Of a stretch of 64,000 nt of DNA, positions 20,241-33,300 are shown one piece after another. The notes under the pieces are model-generated. The model saw nothing but the letters and a program-made list of their open reading frames with translations. It was not told the DNA's origin and ran no database searches. Source of the stretch: Phyllobates terribilis (lineage: Eukaryota); the NCBI RefSeq assembly GCF_046119375.1, contig NW_027362770.1:194494001-194558000 (forward strand). The letters run 5' to 3'. Every line of letters begins with the position of its first letter. The first letter of the stretch is position 1. The position numbers and the translations under genes are program-made.

Positions 20241-22630
20241 ACATCGCCCCCCCCCCCCCCCGCGCTCCTGACCCCCGACATCGCCCTCCCCACCCCCACA
20301 TTCCTGACCCCGGACATCGCCCCCCCCGCGGTCCTGACCCTGGACATCGCCCCCCTGCGCTCCTGACATCGCCCCCCTGCGCTCCTGACATCGCCCCCCC
20401 GCGGTCCTGACCCTGGACATCGCCCCCCTGCGCTCCTGACATCGCCCCCCACCCCCACATTCCTGACCCCGGACATCCCCCCCCCGCGGTCCTGACCCCG
20501 GACATCACCCCCCCGCGGTCCTGACCCTGGACATCGCCCCCCTGCGCTCCTGACATCGCCCCCCCGCGGTCCTGACCCTGGACATCGCCCCCCTGCGCTC
20601 CTGACATCGCCCCCCACCCCCACATTCCTGACCCCGGACATCGCCCCCCCGCGCTCCTGACCCTGGACATCGCCCCCCTGCGCTCCTGACATCGCCCCCC
20701 ACCCCCACATTCCTGACCCTGGACATCGCCCCCCCGCGCTCCTGACCCTATACATCGCCCCCCCGCGCTCCTGACCCTGGACATCGCCCCCCCGCGCTCC
20801 TGACCCTGGACATCGCCCCCCCGCGCTCCTGACCCTGGACATCGCCCCCCCGCGCTTCCGACCGTGGACATCGCCCCCCCGCGCTCCTGACATCGCCCCC
20901 CCACCCACACATTCCTGACCCTGGACATCGCCCCCCCGCGCTCCTGACCCTGGACATCGCCCCCCTGCGCTCCTGACCCTGGACATCGCCCCCCCGCGCT
21001 CCTGATCCTGGACATCGCCCCCCTGCGCTCCTGACATCGCCCCCCACCCACACATTCCTGACCCTGGACATCGCCCCCCCGCGCTCCTGACCCTGGACAT
21101 CGCCCCCCCGCGCTCCTGATCCTGGACATCGCCCCCCTGCGCTCCTGACATCGCCCCCCACCCACACATTCCTGACCCCGGACACCGCCCCCCCCCCGCG
21201 CTCCTGACCCTGGACATCGCCCCCCCGCGCTCCTGACCCTGGACATCGCCCCCCCGCGCTCCTTACCCTGGACATCGCCCCCCTGCGCTCCTGACCCTGG
21301 ACATCGCCCCCCCGCGCTCCTGACCCTGGACATCGCCCCCCCGCGCTCCTGACCCTGGACATCGCCCCCCTGCGCTCCTGACCTTGGACATCGCCCCCCC
21401 GCGCTCCTGATCCTGGACATCGCCCCCCTGCGCTCCTGACATCGCCCCCCACCCACACATTCCTGACCCCGGACATCGCCCCCCCCCCGCGCTCCTGACC
21501 CTGGACATCGCCCCCCCGCGCTCCTGACCCTGGACATCGCCCCCCCGCGCTCCTGACCCTGGACATCGCCCCCCCGCGCTCCTGACCCTGGACATCGCCC
21601 CCCCGCGCTCCTGACCCTGGACATCGCCCCCCCGCGCTCCTGACATCGCCTCCCCACCCACACATTCCTGACCCTGGACATCGCCCCCCCGCGCTCCTGA
21701 CCCTGGACATCGCCCCCCCCGCGCTCCTGATCCTGGACATCGCCCCCCTGCGCTCCTGACATCGCCCCCCACCCACACATTCCTGACCCTGGACATCGCC
21801 CCCCCGCGCTCCTGATCCTGGACATCGCCCCCCTGCGCTCCTGACATCGCCCCCCACCCACACATTCCTGACCCCGGACATCGCCCCCCCCCCGCGCTCC
21901 TGACCCTGGACATCGCCCCCCCGCGCTCCTTACCCTGGACATCGCCCCCCCGCGCTCCTGACCCTGGACATCGCCCCCCCGCGCTCCTGACCCTGGACAT
22001 CGCCCCCCCGCGCTCCTGACCCTGGACATCGCCCCCCTGCGCTCCTGACCCTGGACATCGCCCCCCCGCGCTCCTGATCCTGGACATCGCCCCCCTGCGC
22101 TCCTGACATCGCCCCCCACCCACACATTCCTGACCCTGGACATCGCCCCCCCCCCCGCGCTCCTGACCCTGGACATCGCCCCCCCGCGCTCCTGACCCTG
22201 GACATCGCCCCCCCGCGCTCCTGACCCTGGACATCGCCCCCCTGCGCTCCTGACCCTGGACATCGCCCCCCTGCGCTCCTGACCCTGGACATCGCCCCCC
22301 ACTCCCACGTTCCTGACCCTGGACATCGCCCCCCCGCGCTCCTGACCCTGGACATCGCCCCCCGCGCTCCTGACCCTGGACATCGCCCCCCCGCGCTCCT
22401 GACCCTGGACATCGCCCCCCCGCGCTCCTGACCCTGGACATCGCCCCCCCGCGCTCCTGACCCTGGACATCGCCCCCACGCGCTCCTGACCCTGGACATC
22501 GCCCCCCTGCGCTCCTGACCCTGGACATCGCCCCCCCGCGCTCCTGACCCTGGACATCGCCCCCCACTCCCACGTTCCTGACCCGGAACATCGCCCCCTC
22601 CCCTCCCCCCGCGCTCCTGGCACCGCCCCC
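20241..22630 (+). repeat. Minisatellite array D, GC-rich ~29 bp unit CCTGACCCTGGACATCGCCCCCCCGCGCT with shorter and CCCACCCACACATT variants
   Basis: Direct tandem periodicity; the long Gly/Arg-rich minus-strand ORFs are translations of it. Confidence 0.97.
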
Positions 22631-23040
22631 TGGTCTGGCAATAGGTGCAGATGGCGCTCTGCACAGGACGCTGCGGGGGATGGGACCGGTCAGAGACATC
22701 ATACAAGGTTTTATGTTCTTTCTTGTTTGTCTCTTCCCTCAGAGTTTTGGGACACTCAGTCTCTGTGCCCCCCTCCTCCATGTAAGGAGAATACTGTATA
22801 TAGAGGGGCGGATTATATACACAGGGAAGAGGGTCTACTCTGTCCTGGCTCCAGCTTCCTTGGGGGCGGGGATAAGATAGCCACACCCACCATTTTTCCC
22901 TCTTAAAGCTACAGTCACATAAATAGTAGCTTCATGGAAAGGTGTAAGGGGGCGACGTGGCCGATTCTAGACATGGCGGGCGGAGAACGAGGACATTAAC
23001 GTCACAGCACAAAGTGAACTTTTCTATTTACACTGAACTT

Positions 23041-23151
23041 TTTATTTCATTACACAGTAAAGTTTTCCAAACACGAGGGAGGAGAAGAGACTGGACGGTG
23101 AGATCGTGGGTTATGCTGATTAACCCCTTTCTCGCCGGTAAAACCTTTATT
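23041..23151 (-). terminator. Two candidate AATAAA polyadenylation signals for B3GALT6 (23046-23041 and 23151-23146)
   Basis: TTTATT on the plus strand about 305 and 410 nt downstream of the B3GALT6 stop. Confidence 0.5.
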
Positions 23152-23455
23152 GTTTTGCAGGAAGAGTTGACGTTTTCAGGGGTAACACTGTTGAGGTCCA
23201 TGACGTTCTATTTTTTTGGGGGGGAATGTGAGCTAAAAAAACCAACAACCCCAAAACAGCAGCTTAGTGAGTGCACGCTCCTGTGCTCTGAGCATGCACG
23301 GCGACGACGGCAGAGACAGGATCGTCAGTGTGGGAAATAGCAGCTGTCACTTGTCCTCTTTACATAAAGATTATAGGGGGATGAGGGGTCCTCAACCAAT
23401 CCTGAGAGGATCCGGTAAGATCTTATGTAAAGGGGGACGTCCATTCCTGGGGGGT

Positions 23456-24466
23456 TCAGGGGATGCCGTCCTTCCTCTGGCAGCACTGCGATGGCGGCAC
23501 GCCCCAGTCGTAGATGTAGGACAGCCGCAGCTTGACCTCCTCGCGGCACAGCCTCCCGTCCTTGGCCAGGCTCTGGTGCTTCTCCAGCATGTCCTCAATG
23601 CTCTGCTTATGGGTCACCACGTACTTATTATTGCAGCCCCTGGACTTGTATTCGGTATCAAACCGGGGGTCGTGGACCCTCCTGACGTCCAGAGGGGCCA
23701 ACCAGGCCCCCAGAGACACGTCCTCGCTCTGCCAGTGCGCTAGGTAATCTTTGGTGAGGCTCAGGTAACGGACCAGGTCCCAGGAGAGGACGTAGCCTCC
23801 GCCCAGGGCGTAGGGCAGGTAGTAGTCGCACAGCACCCAGGAGCTTTCCCTCCATTTCCCCAAAGACTTCACCCGGCCGCGGCCAGAGAAGAAGCCCCAG
23901 TAATACCGCTGGGGCTCCTGAGCCTTCAGCTCGTCCAATAAGACGTCCAGACGGGCGAACGTGTCGTCATCGGCCTTCATCACAAACTTGTAGTCAACGT
24001 GGCGGTCCAGCCACGTGTACATGAGCAGCAGCTTGGCCGTCAGGTTCTCGTACGAGTCCCGGAGTTCGGGGAGGAGGAGAAGGTCTCCGTATCGCCGCTG
24101 CTCCATCTCCACCGAAGCCGCCTCCTCCTCACTCAGCCCCGCGCTCCCGATAACGAAGCGGCACCACAGCGCCCCCCTGTGTGCAGAGGCCGCAGCGGAC
24201 AGCCAGGTGCTGCGGATGATGCTGCGTCGCTCCGTGTACTTGGGCCCGCTGGCAATTAGGACCGCCAGGAACGTGGAAACGCTCTTCTCTGGAACTTGGG
24301 GTACATGGCGGCGGAAAGGGGGTCCCTGCTGCTGTGGGAGACCCTGGGGAGGTCTCAGGGTCTCGGAGGTGCATTTAGCGAGGTACAGGAGTACGATGGC
24401 GAAACAAGACAAGGCGGCAAAACCCAGCGCCGTCTTATGGCGACACAACAGCCGCAGAAGGTTCAT
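23456..24466 (-). CDS. B3GALT6: Beta-1,3-galactosyltransferase 6 (GT31, glycosaminoglycan linker galactosyltransferase II), 336 aa, uninterrupted CDS
   Basis: N-terminal signal anchor, [33 protein letters not shown] (DXD), [31 protein letters not shown] and C-terminal CCQRKDGIP match recalled B3GALT6. Confidence 0.97.
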   Translation of the reverse strand: MNLLRLLCRHKTALGFAALSCFAIVLLYLAKCTSETLRPPQGLPQQQGPPFRRHVPQVPEKSVSTFLAVLIASGPKYTERRSIIRSTWLSAAASAHRGALWCRFVIGSAGLSEEEAASVEMEQRRYGDLLLLPELRDSYENLTAKLLLMYTWLDRHVDYKFVMKADDDTFARLDVLLDELKAQEPQRYYWGFFSGRGRVKSLGKWRESSWVLCDYYLPYALGGGYVLSWDLVRYLSLTKDYLAHWQSEDVSLGAWLAPLDVRRVHDPRFDTEYKSRGCNNKYVVTHKQSIEDMLEKHQSLAKDGRLCREEVKLRLSYIYDWGVPPSQCCQRKDGIP

Positions 24467-24728
24467 GGCGGAACTTGGTCACACAGGCGCCATGGTAGAT
24501 CACATGTTCAATGTACAAGAGGGTGGGGCTTCATTTCTGCATTATCCGCCAGCTCCTACGAATGAAGGTGCCGCCGCGTCTCAGTCAGACGTCACTCGAT
24601 ACAGCTCCTGTAGCCAGGGATGGTGCGGCGTTTCGGACGACAAAGCGCCCTTCTTCAGGCTGCAAGGCAAAGACAGGATTGTCGGTAAAGGCTGCAGACA
24701 ACATCCATGGAAATGACGGGTAAACACC

Positions 24729-25403
24729 GGCATTAAAGGGGCAGTGGCATTACAGGGACGGAGGCATTACAAGGGACGGAGGCATTAAGGGGACGGAGGC
24801 GTTACAAGGGACGGAGGCATTACGTGGACGGAGGCATTACAAGGGACGGAGGCATTAAGGGGACGGAGGCATTACAAGGGACGGAGGCATTAAGGGGACG
24901 GAGGCGTTACAAGGGACGGAGGCATTAAGGGGACGGAAGCGTTACAAGGGACGGAGGCATTAAGTGGACGGAGGCATTACGTGGACGGAGGCATTACGTG
25001 GACGGAGGCATTACAAGGGACGGCGGCATTACAGGGGACGGAGGCATTACAAGGGACGGCGGCATTACAAGGGACGGCGGCATTACAAGGGACGGCGGCA
25101 TTACAAGGGACGGCGGCATTACAAGGGACGGCGGCATTACAGGGGACGGAGGCATTACAAGGGACGGAGGCATTACAGGGGACGGAGGCATTACAGGGGA
25201 CGGAGGCATTACAGGGGACGGAGGCATTACAGGGGACGGAGGCATTACAGGGGACGGAGGCATTACAGGGGACGGAGGCATTACAAGGGACGGAGGCATT
25301 ACAGGGGACGGAGGCATTACAGGGGACGGAGGCATTACGGGGACGGAGGCATTACAAGGGACGGAGGCATTACAGGGGACGGAGGCATTACGGGGACTGA
25401 GGC
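24729..25403 (+). repeat. Minisatellite array E, left part, 18 bp unit GGGACGG(A/C)GGCATTACA(A/G)
   Basis: Direct tandem periodicity. Confidence 0.96.
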
Positions 25404-26089
25404 TGTGATGGTGTGATATGGTATGTGGGTATCATTTTGAGTATATTTATATTTTACTGATTTTCATAGTGTCTCTTGTTGCTCTGTGTCCCTCTAATGT
25501 TGACTTCTCTTGTAGGATGAGTTTGTATTTGGTAATTGATGAATAGCTGTTATTTATCATCTGATATCAGCTCCCACAGCTTATTGTACTGTTATCTGTG
25601 CACAGGGTCAGTGAATAATGCTGTTTGCTAATACGCTAATGACATATTGAACCAGGCCAGCTTGTTGATTTTGTAAAGCAATGGAAGGACGGACAGTGGG
25701 ACCCCCGCCCCCTGACTGTGAATGAGGAGAGGGACTTTTAAATATCACAGGGAGGAGACACTGGTGAGATTCTGTGTGGGACAATGAGGTGAGGACATAT
25801 CAGAGAGAATGGGAGAAACCTGGATGACTTTGGAAATACAATACTTCTCGAAGGAATATAGAGGGAGAAGCATCTGGACTATATTATTCTCTGTCTGCTG
25901 GATTGTTGGACTCTCATCTCCCGGGACATTTATCCTCTTACTGAACTGCATTCGTGTTCTGGACTATATTATCCTGTGTGGTGGATTGTATATGGACCTT
26001 TCAGTTTTTGCCTATAATAAAGGTCTTGGGATTGTTCACTCTTCTCTTGCTCTGTTGATTGTGTGTTACTGGAGAAGGACCCCGTGACG
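25404..26089 (+). mobile_element. Probable solo LTR (~686 bp) inserted in minisatellite E
   Basis: Starts TGTGATGG, ends CCCCGTGAC(G) (expected CA); flanks GAGGC / GCGGC form a 4-of-5 target-site duplication cut from the repeat unit; AATAAA at 26016-26021 near the 3' end. Confidence 0.65.
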
Positions 26090-26394
26090 GCGGCATTACG
26101 GGGGACGGAGGCATTACAGGGGACAAAAGCATTACAAGGGATGGCGGCATTACGGGGGACGGAGGCATTACAGGGGACAAAAGCATTACAAGGGACGGCG
26201 GTATTACGGGGGACGGCGGCATTACAAGGGACGGAGGCATTACGGGGGACGGAGGCATTACAAGGGACGGAGGCATTACGGGGGACGGAGGCATTACGGG
26301 GGAAGGAGGCATTACAGGGGACGGAGGAATTAAGGGGGACGGAGGAATTAAGGGGGACGGAGGCATTAAGGGGGACGGAGGCATTAAGGGGGAC
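26090..26394 (+). repeat. Minisatellite array E, right part
   Basis: Same 18 bp unit resumes in register after the insertion. Confidence 0.95.
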
Positions 26395-27099
26395 CACAGC
26401 AGTAGGGGGTCTACTGAAAGCCCTGATGGGGTCCAATGTCACTATACACTAGAATACCGTGGTGAAACCATCGCACGTTCACGTCCTCTAAAAGACTAAA
26501 AAATAATAAGGTGAAAAAAGAGGATAAATGAAATCTGCAGCAGACGAGACGTCATCGAAGGAAAAATAAAAAAGTTACAGATCTCAGACAATGGACTAAA
26601 CATAATAAATGGTGACCGATCGCCAGAGGGTCCCGGAAATTAAACTTCTAAGCGCTGATCCCCGATCCCAGGTCCTCGCCCGTCCACAGTGAGGAGCCAT
26701 TAATGAGGACAGGTGATCGCTGCAGCACTGGCACTGGTGAGGATCGATTGGCTGCAGAGGTTCTGATTGGTAGCAGCTGGCGCTGGGTCACCCAGACCCC
26801 ACAGAACACAACTTCTTGCTCCCTCTTGTGACCTCTGCAGCCAATCATTGAGCTCTCGATGCTGCAGCGATCACCTCCTCACTGGCTCCGGCCATCACGT
26901 TGTGGGCGGAGTTATAAGACGAGGGCGGGGTCAGCAGACGACGGCACAGACTGGAGCCGCCCACAATGCGCCGCAGTTATCAGGTCACTCCAGTATAATC
27001 CGGATTACTGCCGGAGCATGAAATGACCCCCCCCCCCCGCTATACGGCAGAACAGCGCTGTGTGGAGGGCAGTAATAACGGGCATGTGCCAGAAACCGC

Positions 27100-27350
27100 C
27101 ACCACTATCGCACTCACCCTCCGGGGCGGACACGGCGGCTCTTACCTCAGAGAAGGAAGAAAGCGCCGCTACCGGCAACGGCCGCCCACGTCACAGCGTC
27201 CTACATCCCCGTGCGCATGCGCTGATCAGAAGACTTAGGTATCCAGTAAAGGGCGGGCAACAAAGTGTGCGCATGCGCTCTGCGGAAAGGGAGAGGCCAT
27301 GATTATGGAGACCAGTCTACAGGCGGCCATCTTGGAGAAGCCTTGCAGTT
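27100..27350. promoter_or_regulatory. CpG-rich housekeeping-type promoter with probable minus-strand non-coding first exon (B3GALT6)
   Basis: Two NRF1 motifs TGCGCATGCGC (27212-27222, 27268-27278), YY1-like GCCATCTT 27326-27333, GC box; minus-strand donors GAG|GTAAGA (exon end 27146) and AGG|GTGAGT (exon end 27118). Confidence 0.6.
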
Positions 27351-30300
27351 CCACATTACAGGTGGAGCCGACTGTGGTGTCTTATATCCCACATTACAGG
27401 AGGAGCCGACTGTGGTGTCTTATATCCCACATTACAGGTGGAGCAGACTGTGGTGTCTTATATTCCACATTACAGGAGGAGCAGACTGTGGTGTCTTATA
27501 TCCCACATTACAGGTGGAGCAGACTGTGGTGTCTTATATCCCACATTACAGGTGGAGCAGACTGTGGTGTCTTATATCCCACATTACAGGTGGAGCAGAC
27601 TGTGGTGTCTTCTATCCCCACATTACAGGAGGAGCAGACTGTGGTGTCTTATATCCCACATTACAGGAGGAGCAGACTGTGGTGTCTTATATCCCACATT
27701 ACAGGAGGAGCAGACTGTGGTGTCTTATATCCCACATTACAGGAGGAGCAGACTGTGGTGTCTTCTATCCCCACATTACAGGAGGAGCAGACTGTGGTGT
27801 CTTATATCCCACAGTACAGGTGGAGCAGACTGTGGTGTCTTATATCCCACATTACAGGTGGAGCAGACTGTGGTGTCTTATATCCCACATTACAGGAGGA
27901 GCAGACTGTGGTGTCTTATATCCCACATTACAGGTGGAGCAGACTGTGGTGTCTTATATCCCACAGTACAGGTGGAGCAGACTGTGGTGTCTTATATCCC
28001 ACATTACAGGAGGAGCAGACTGTGGTGTATTATATCCCACATTACAGGAGGAGCAGACTGTGGTGTCTTATATTCCACATTACAGGAGGAGCAGACTGTG
28101 GTGTATTATATCCCACATTACAGGTGGAGCAGACTGTGGTGTATTATATCCCACATTACAGGAGGAGCAGACTGTGGTGTCTTATATCCCACATTACAGG
28201 AGGAGCAGACTGTGGTGTATTATATCCCACATTACAGGAGGAGCAGACTGTGGTGTCTTATATTCCACATTACAGGAGGAGCAGACTGTGGTGTCTTATA
28301 TCCCACATTACAGGTGGAGCAGACTGTGGTGTCTTATATCCCACATTACAGGTGGAGCAGACTGTGGTGTCTTATATCCCACATTACAGGTGGAGGAGAC
28401 TGTGGTGTCTTATATCCCACATTACAGGTGGAGGAGACTGTGGTGTCTTATATCCCACATTACAGGTGGAGCAGACTGTGGTGTCTTATATCCCACATTA
28501 CAGGTGGAGGAGACTGTGGTGTCTTATATCCCACATTACAGGTGGAGCCGACTGTGGTGTCTTATATCCCACATTACAGGTGGAGCAGACTGTGGTGTCT
28601 TATATTCCACATTACAGGAGGAGCAGACTGTGGTGTCTTATATCCCACATTACAGGAGGAGCAGACTGTGGTGTCTTATATTCCACATTCCAGGTGGAGC
28701 AGACTGTGGTGTCTTATATCCCACATTACAGGAGGAGCAGACTGTGGTGTCTTATATCCCACATTACAGGAGGAGCAGACTGTGGTGTCTTATATCCCAC
28801 ATTACAGGAGGAGCAGACTGTGGTGTCTTATATCCCACATTACAGGAGGAGCAGACTGTGGTGTCTTATATCCCACATTACAGGAGGAGCAGACTGTGGT
28901 GTCTTATATCCCACATTACAGGAGGAGCAGACTGTGGTGTCTTATATCCCACATTACAGGAGGAGCAGACTGTGGTGTCTTATATCCCACATTACAGGAG
29001 GAGCAGACTGGTGTCTTATATCCCACATTACAGGTGGAGCAGACTGTGGTGTCTTATATCCCACATTACAGGTGGAGCAGACTGTGGTGTCTTATATTCC
29101 ACATTACAGGTGGAGCAGACTGTGGTGTCTTATATTCCACATTACAGGAGGAGCAGACTGTGGAGTCTTATATCCCACAGTACAGGTGGAGCAGACTGTG
29201 GTGTCTTCTATCCCCACATTACAGGAGGAGCAGACTGTGGTGTCTTCTATCCCCACATTACAGGAGGAGCAGACTGTGGTGTCTTCTATCCCCACATTAC
29301 AGGAGGAGCAGACTGTGGTGTCTTATATCCCCACATTACAGGAGGAGCAGACTGTGGTGTCTTCTATCCCCACATTACAGGAGGAGCAGACTGTGGTGTC
29401 TTATATCCCACAGTACAGGTGGAGCAGACTGTGGTGTCTTATATCCCACATTACAGGTGGAGCAGACTGTGGTGTCTTATATCCCACAGTACAGGTGGAG
29501 CAGACTGTGGTGTCTTATATCCCACATTACAGGTGGAGCAGACTGTGGTGTCTTATATCCCACATTACAGGTGGAGCAGACTGTGGTGTCTTATATCCCA
29601 CATTACAGGTGGAGGAGACTGTGGTGTCTTATATCCCACATTACAGGTGGAGCCGACTGTGGTGTCTTATATCCCACATTACAGGTGGAGCAGACTGTGG
29701 TGTCTTATATTCCACATTCCAGGTGGAGCAGACTGTGGTGTCTTATATCCCACATTACAGGAGGAGCAGACTGTGGTGTCTTATATTCCACATTCCAGGT
29801 GGAGCAGACTGTGGTGTCTTATATCCCACATTACAGGAGGAGCAGACTGTGGTGTCTTATATCCCACATTACAGGAGGAGCAGACTGTGGTGTCTTATAT
29901 CCCACATTACAGGAGGAGCAGACTGTGGTGTCTTATATCCCACATTACAGGAGGAGCAGACTGTGGTGTCTTATATCCCACATTACAGGAGGAGCAGACT
30001 GTGGTGTCTTATATCCCACATTACAGGAGGAGCAGACTGTGGTGTCTTATATCCCACATTACAGGAGGAGCAGACTGTGGTGTCTTATATCCCACATTAC
30101 AGGAGGAGCAGACTGGTGTCTTATATCCCACATTACAGGTGGAGCAGACTGTGGTGTCTTATATCCCACATTACAGGTGGAGCAGACTGTGGTGTCTTAT
30201 ATTCCACATTACAGGTGGAGCAGACTGTGGTGTCTTATATTCCACATTACAGGAGGAGCAGACTGTGGAGTCTTATATCCCACAGTACAGGTGGAGCAGA

Positions 30301-33300
30301 CTGTGGTGTCTTATATCCCCACTGTACAGGTGGAGCAGACTGTGGTGTCTTATATCCCACATTACAGGTGGAGCAGACTGTGGTGTCTTATATCCCACAT
30401 TACAGGTGGAGCAGACTGTGGTGTCTTATATCCCACATTACAGGAGGAGCAGACTGTGGTGTCTTATATCCCACATTACAGGAGGAGCAGACTGTGGTGT
30501 CTTATATTCCACATTCCAGGTGGAGCAGACTGTGGTGTCTTATATCCCCACATTACAGGAGGAGCAGACTGTGGTGTCTTATATCCCACATTACAGGAGG
30601 AGCAGACTGTGGTGTCTTATATTCCACATTCCAGGTGGAGCAGACTGTGGTGTCTTATATCCCCACATTACAGGAGGAGCAGACTGTGGTGTCTTATATC
30701 CCACATTACAGGAGGAGCAGACTGTGGTGTCTTATATCCCACAGTACAGGTGGAGCAGACTGTGGTGTCTTATATCCCACATTACAGGTGGAGCAGACTG
30801 TGGAGTCTTATATCCCACATTACAGGAGGAGCAGACTGTGGTGTCTTATATCCCACATTACAGGTGGAGCAGACTGTGGTGTCTTATATCCCACATTACA
30901 GGAGGAGCAGACTGTGGTGTCTTATATCCCACATTACAGGTGGAGCAGACTGTGGTGTCTTATATCCCACATTACAGGAGGAGCAGACTGTGGTGTCTTA
31001 TATCCCACATTACAGGTGGAGCAGACTGTGGAGTCTTATATCCCACATTACAGGAGGAGCAGACTGTGGTGTCTTATATCCCCACATTACAGGAGGAGCA
31101 GACTGTGGTGTCTTATATCCCACATTACAGGTGGAGCAGACTGTGGTGTCTTATATCCCACATTACAGGAGGAGCAGACTGTGGAGTCTTATATCCCACA
31201 TTACAGGAGGAGCAGACTGTGGTGTCTTATATCCCACATTACAGGTGGAGCAGACTGTGGTGTCTTATATCCCACATTACAGGAGGAGCAGACTGTGGTG
31301 TCTTATATCCCACATTACAGGTGGAGCAGACTGTGGTGTCTTATATCCCACATTACAGGTGGAGCAGACTGTGGAGTCTTATATCCCCACTGTACAGGTG
31401 GAGCAGACTGTGGTGTCTTATATCCCACATTACAGGAGGAGCAGACTGTGGTGTCTTATATCCCACATTACAGGAGGAGCAGACTGTGGTGTCTTATATC
31501 CCACATTACAGGAGGAGCAGACTGTAGTGTCTTATATCCTACAGTACAGGTGGAGCAGACTGTGGTGTATTATATCCCACATTACAGGAGGAGCAGACTG
31601 TGGAGTCTTATATCCCACATTACAGGTGGAGCAGACTGTGGTGTCTTATATCCCACAGTACAGGTGGAGCAGACTGTGGTGTCTTATATCCCACATTACA
31701 GGAGGAGCAGACTGTGGTGTCTTATATCCCACATTACAGGTGGAGCAGACTGTGGTGTCTTATATCCCACAGTACAGGTGGAGCAGACTGTGGTGTCTTA
31801 TATCCCACATTACAGGAGGAGCAGACTGTGGTGTCTTATATCCCACATTACAGGAGGAGCAGACTGTGGTGTCTTATATCCCACATTACAGGAGGAGCAG
31901 ACTGTAGTGTCTTATATCCCACAGTACAGGTGGAGCAGACTGTGGTGTATTATATCCCACATTACAGGAGGAGCAGACTGTGGTGTCTTATATCCCACAT
32001 TACAGGAGGAGCAGACTGTGGTGTCTTATATCCCACATTACAGGAGGAGCAGACTGTGGTGTCTTATATCCCACATTACAGGAGGAGCAGACTGTGGTGT
32101 CTTATATCCCACATTACAGGAGGAGCAGACTGTGGTGTCTTATATCCCCACATTACAGGAGGAGCAGACTGTGGTGTCTTATATCCCACATTACAGGAGG
32201 AGCAGACTGTGGTGTCTTATATCCCACATTACAGGAGGAGCAGACTGTGGTGTCTTATATCCCACATTACAGGAGGAGAAGACTGTGGTGTCTTATATCC
32301 CACATTACAGGAGGAGCAGACTGTGGTGTCTTATAGCCCACATTACAGGAGGAGCAGACTGTGGTGTCTTATATCCCACATTACAGGAGGAGCAGACTGT
32401 AGTGTCTTATATCCCCACTGTACAGGTGGAGCAGACTGTGGTGTCTTATATCCCCACTGTACAGGTGTAGCAGACTGTGGTGTCTTATATCCCACATTAC
32501 AGGAGGAGCAGACTGTGGTGTCTTATATCCCACATTACAGGAGGAGCAGACTGTGGTGTCTTATATCCCACATTACAGGTGGAGCAGACTGTGGTGTCTT
32601 ATATCCCACATTACAGGAGGAGCAGACTGTGGTGTATTATATCCCACATTACAGGAGGAGCAGACTGTGGTGTATTATATCCCACATTACAGGAGGAGCA
32701 GACTGTGGTGTCTTATATCCCACATTACAGGTGGAGCAGACTGTGGTGTCTTGTATCCCACATTACAGGGGGAGCAGACTGTGGAGTCTTATATCCCACA
32801 GTACAGGTGGAGCAGACTGTGGTGTCTTATATCCCACATTACAGGAGGAGCAGACTGTGGTGTCTTATATCCCACATTACAGGGGGAGCAGACTGTGGTG
32901 TCTTATATCCCACATTACAGGAGGAGCAGACTGTGGTGTCTTATATCCCACATTACAGGTGGAGCAGACTGTGGTGTCTTATATCCCACATTACAGGTGG
33001 AGCAGACTGTGGTGTCTTATATCCCACATTACAGGAGGAGCAGACTGTGGTGTCTTATGTCCCACATTACAGGAGGAGCAGACTGTGGTGTCTTATATCC
33101 CACATTACAGGAGGAGCAGACTGTGGTGTCTTATATCCCACATTACAGGAGGAGCAGACTGTGGTGTCTTATATCCCACATTACAGGAGGAGCAGACTGT
33201 GGTGTCTTATATCCCACATTACAGGTGGAGCAGACTGTGGTGTCTTATATCCCACATTACAGGAGGAGCAGACTGTGGTGTCTTATATCCCACATTACAG

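Noticed and set aside
22743-22781. Possible 39-nt plus-strand micro-exon (long pyrimidine tract AG ... CAT|GTAAGG)
   Set aside because: No partner exons or recognisable peptide in any frame; needs RNA evidence.
20181-22886. Minus-strand Gly/Arg-rich ORFs up to 802 aa
   Set aside because: GC-rich repeat D lacks stop codons by composition; all three frames are similarly open.
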